Source: an uncultured Parapedobacter sp.
Lineage (GTDB): Bacteria > Bacteroidota > Bacteroidia > Sphingobacteriales > Sphingobacteriaceae
Direction: 5' to 3'
NCBI GenBank assembly: GCA_964498395.1
Contig: CAZCHE010000011.1
Location: forward strand, 18,787-82,786
DNA length: 64,000 nt
Part shown: positions 63,301 through 64,000 of the stretch, piece after piece
Layout: each line of letters begins with the position of its first letter
How positions within the stretch are numbered: the stretch's first letter is position 1
Made by a program: the position numbers and the translations under genes
The notes under the pieces: model-generated
Database searches by the model: none
Told to the model about the DNA's origin: nothing
What the model saw: only the letters and a program-made list of their open reading frames with translations

Positions 63301-63951
63301 ATGGGAAAAGATAAGTTAAGGAAATTTGCGGAAATCGCCACATTCAATAATGTGTTAGAATTGGATGCAGGCAAAGTAATGAAGGGGCAATGGGCCCGGA
63401 AGCAGTTTGGCAATGAAAAGCCCATCGTACTGGAACTAGCTTGTGGCAAAGGCGAATATACGGTCAACCTCGCCAAACTATTCCCCGATAAAAACTTCAT
63501 CGGCATTGACTACAAAGGCAACCGGATTTGGCGTGGGGCGAAAACGGCATTGGAAGAAGGTATCCCCAATGTGGCTTTTTTGCGCATCCAGATCGAAACG
63601 ATATTGGACTACTTTGCCGAGGGGGAAGTCGCCGAAATATGGATTACCTTTCCCGATCCACAACCCCAGAAGGGCAGGGTGAAAAAAAGGCTCACCAACC
63701 CATCGTTCCTGGCTAAATACAAGCACATCATGGAAACCGATGGCGTGATGCACCTCAAGACGGATAATGATGGGCTATTTGCCTATACCCTCGAGACCTT
63801 GGGGGAGGCCGCCCTGAACATCTTGGTACAAACCGATGACCTGTACCATTCGGATGTGGTGGATGAGGTACTATCCATTAAAACGTACTACGAGAAAAAA
63901 TACCTCGAAGTCGACAAAAACATCAACTACGTGAAGTGGGTATGGCAATGA
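63301..63951 (+). CDS. trmB: tRNA (guanine46-N7)-methyltransferase
   Basis: LELACGKGEYTV SAM motif, IWITFPDPQPQK and LKTDN motifs. Confidence 0.9.
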   Translation: MGKDKLRKFAEIATFNNVLELDAGKVMKGQWARKQFGNEKPIVLELACGKGEYTVNLAKLFPDKNFIGIDYKGNRIWRGAKTALEEGIPNVAFLRIQIETILDYFAEGEVAEIWITFPDPQPQKGRVKKRLTNPSFLAKYKHIMETDGVMHLKTDNDGLFAYTLETLGEAALNILVQTDDLYHSDVVDEVLSIKTYYEKKYLEVDKNINYVKWVWQ

Positions 63952-64000
63952 CCTGGTTATCCCGCGCGGAAGTTATGGCTGTTCGGCCAGGTTCCGTTTG

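Noticed and set aside
1-64000. rRNA, tRNA, tmRNA, integrase or transposase genes that would delimit the islands
   Set aside because: None could be recognised by eye anywhere in the window. The island boundaries therefore remain compositional inferences only.

Overview
This 64-kb chromosomal window is almost certainly from a Bacteroidota genome, probably Sphingobacteriia-like. The signs are a SusC/SusD pair, an alternative complex III plus caa3-type oxidase supercluster, TAnnTTTG-type -7 boxes, and A-rich leaders without Shine-Dalgarno sequences. I found no rRNA, tRNA or CRISPR array. By eye the window falls into four parts. (1) 1-13.3 kb is a visibly AT-rich accessory or defense-type island. 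It holds a truncated type IIG RM gene, a HipA-like kinase + DUF3037 pair, an FRG-domain remnant, an Rpn-family nuclease, a cyclodeaminase-like::ImmA/IrrE protease fusion next to an HNH protein, a HigB-HigA-SecB-like (TAC) tripartite toxin-antitoxin-chaperone module, and an XRE / multi-TM / DUF4062 module. (2) 13.8-21 kb holds a TlpA-like/SusC/SusD locus and a MauE-like pair. (3) 22.5-29.85 kb is a visibly GC-rich block. It holds Crp, an LpxL-like acyltransferase, a LytS/LytTR pair, and a compact excisionase-like HTH / DUF6266 x2 / DUF5675 / holin-like cassette whose genes are preceded by unusual 8-bp-period tandem arrays. (4) 30-64 kb is housekeeping: redox genes, MsrB, actABCDEF-cox-ctaAB-SCO-DUF420, an S9 peptidase, YifB, a WecA-like gene, Fcl and TrmB. 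The best candidates for an undescribed system are the cyclodeaminase-ImmA + HNH pair, the XRE/4TM/DUF4062 module, and the DUF6266/DUF5675 lysis-like cassette with its octamer arrays. There are also several small repeat families: REP-like palindromes, a MITE-like insertion with a target duplication, twin operators and paired DnaA-box 9-mers. All family assignments come from motif recognition by eye and from memory. No searches were run.
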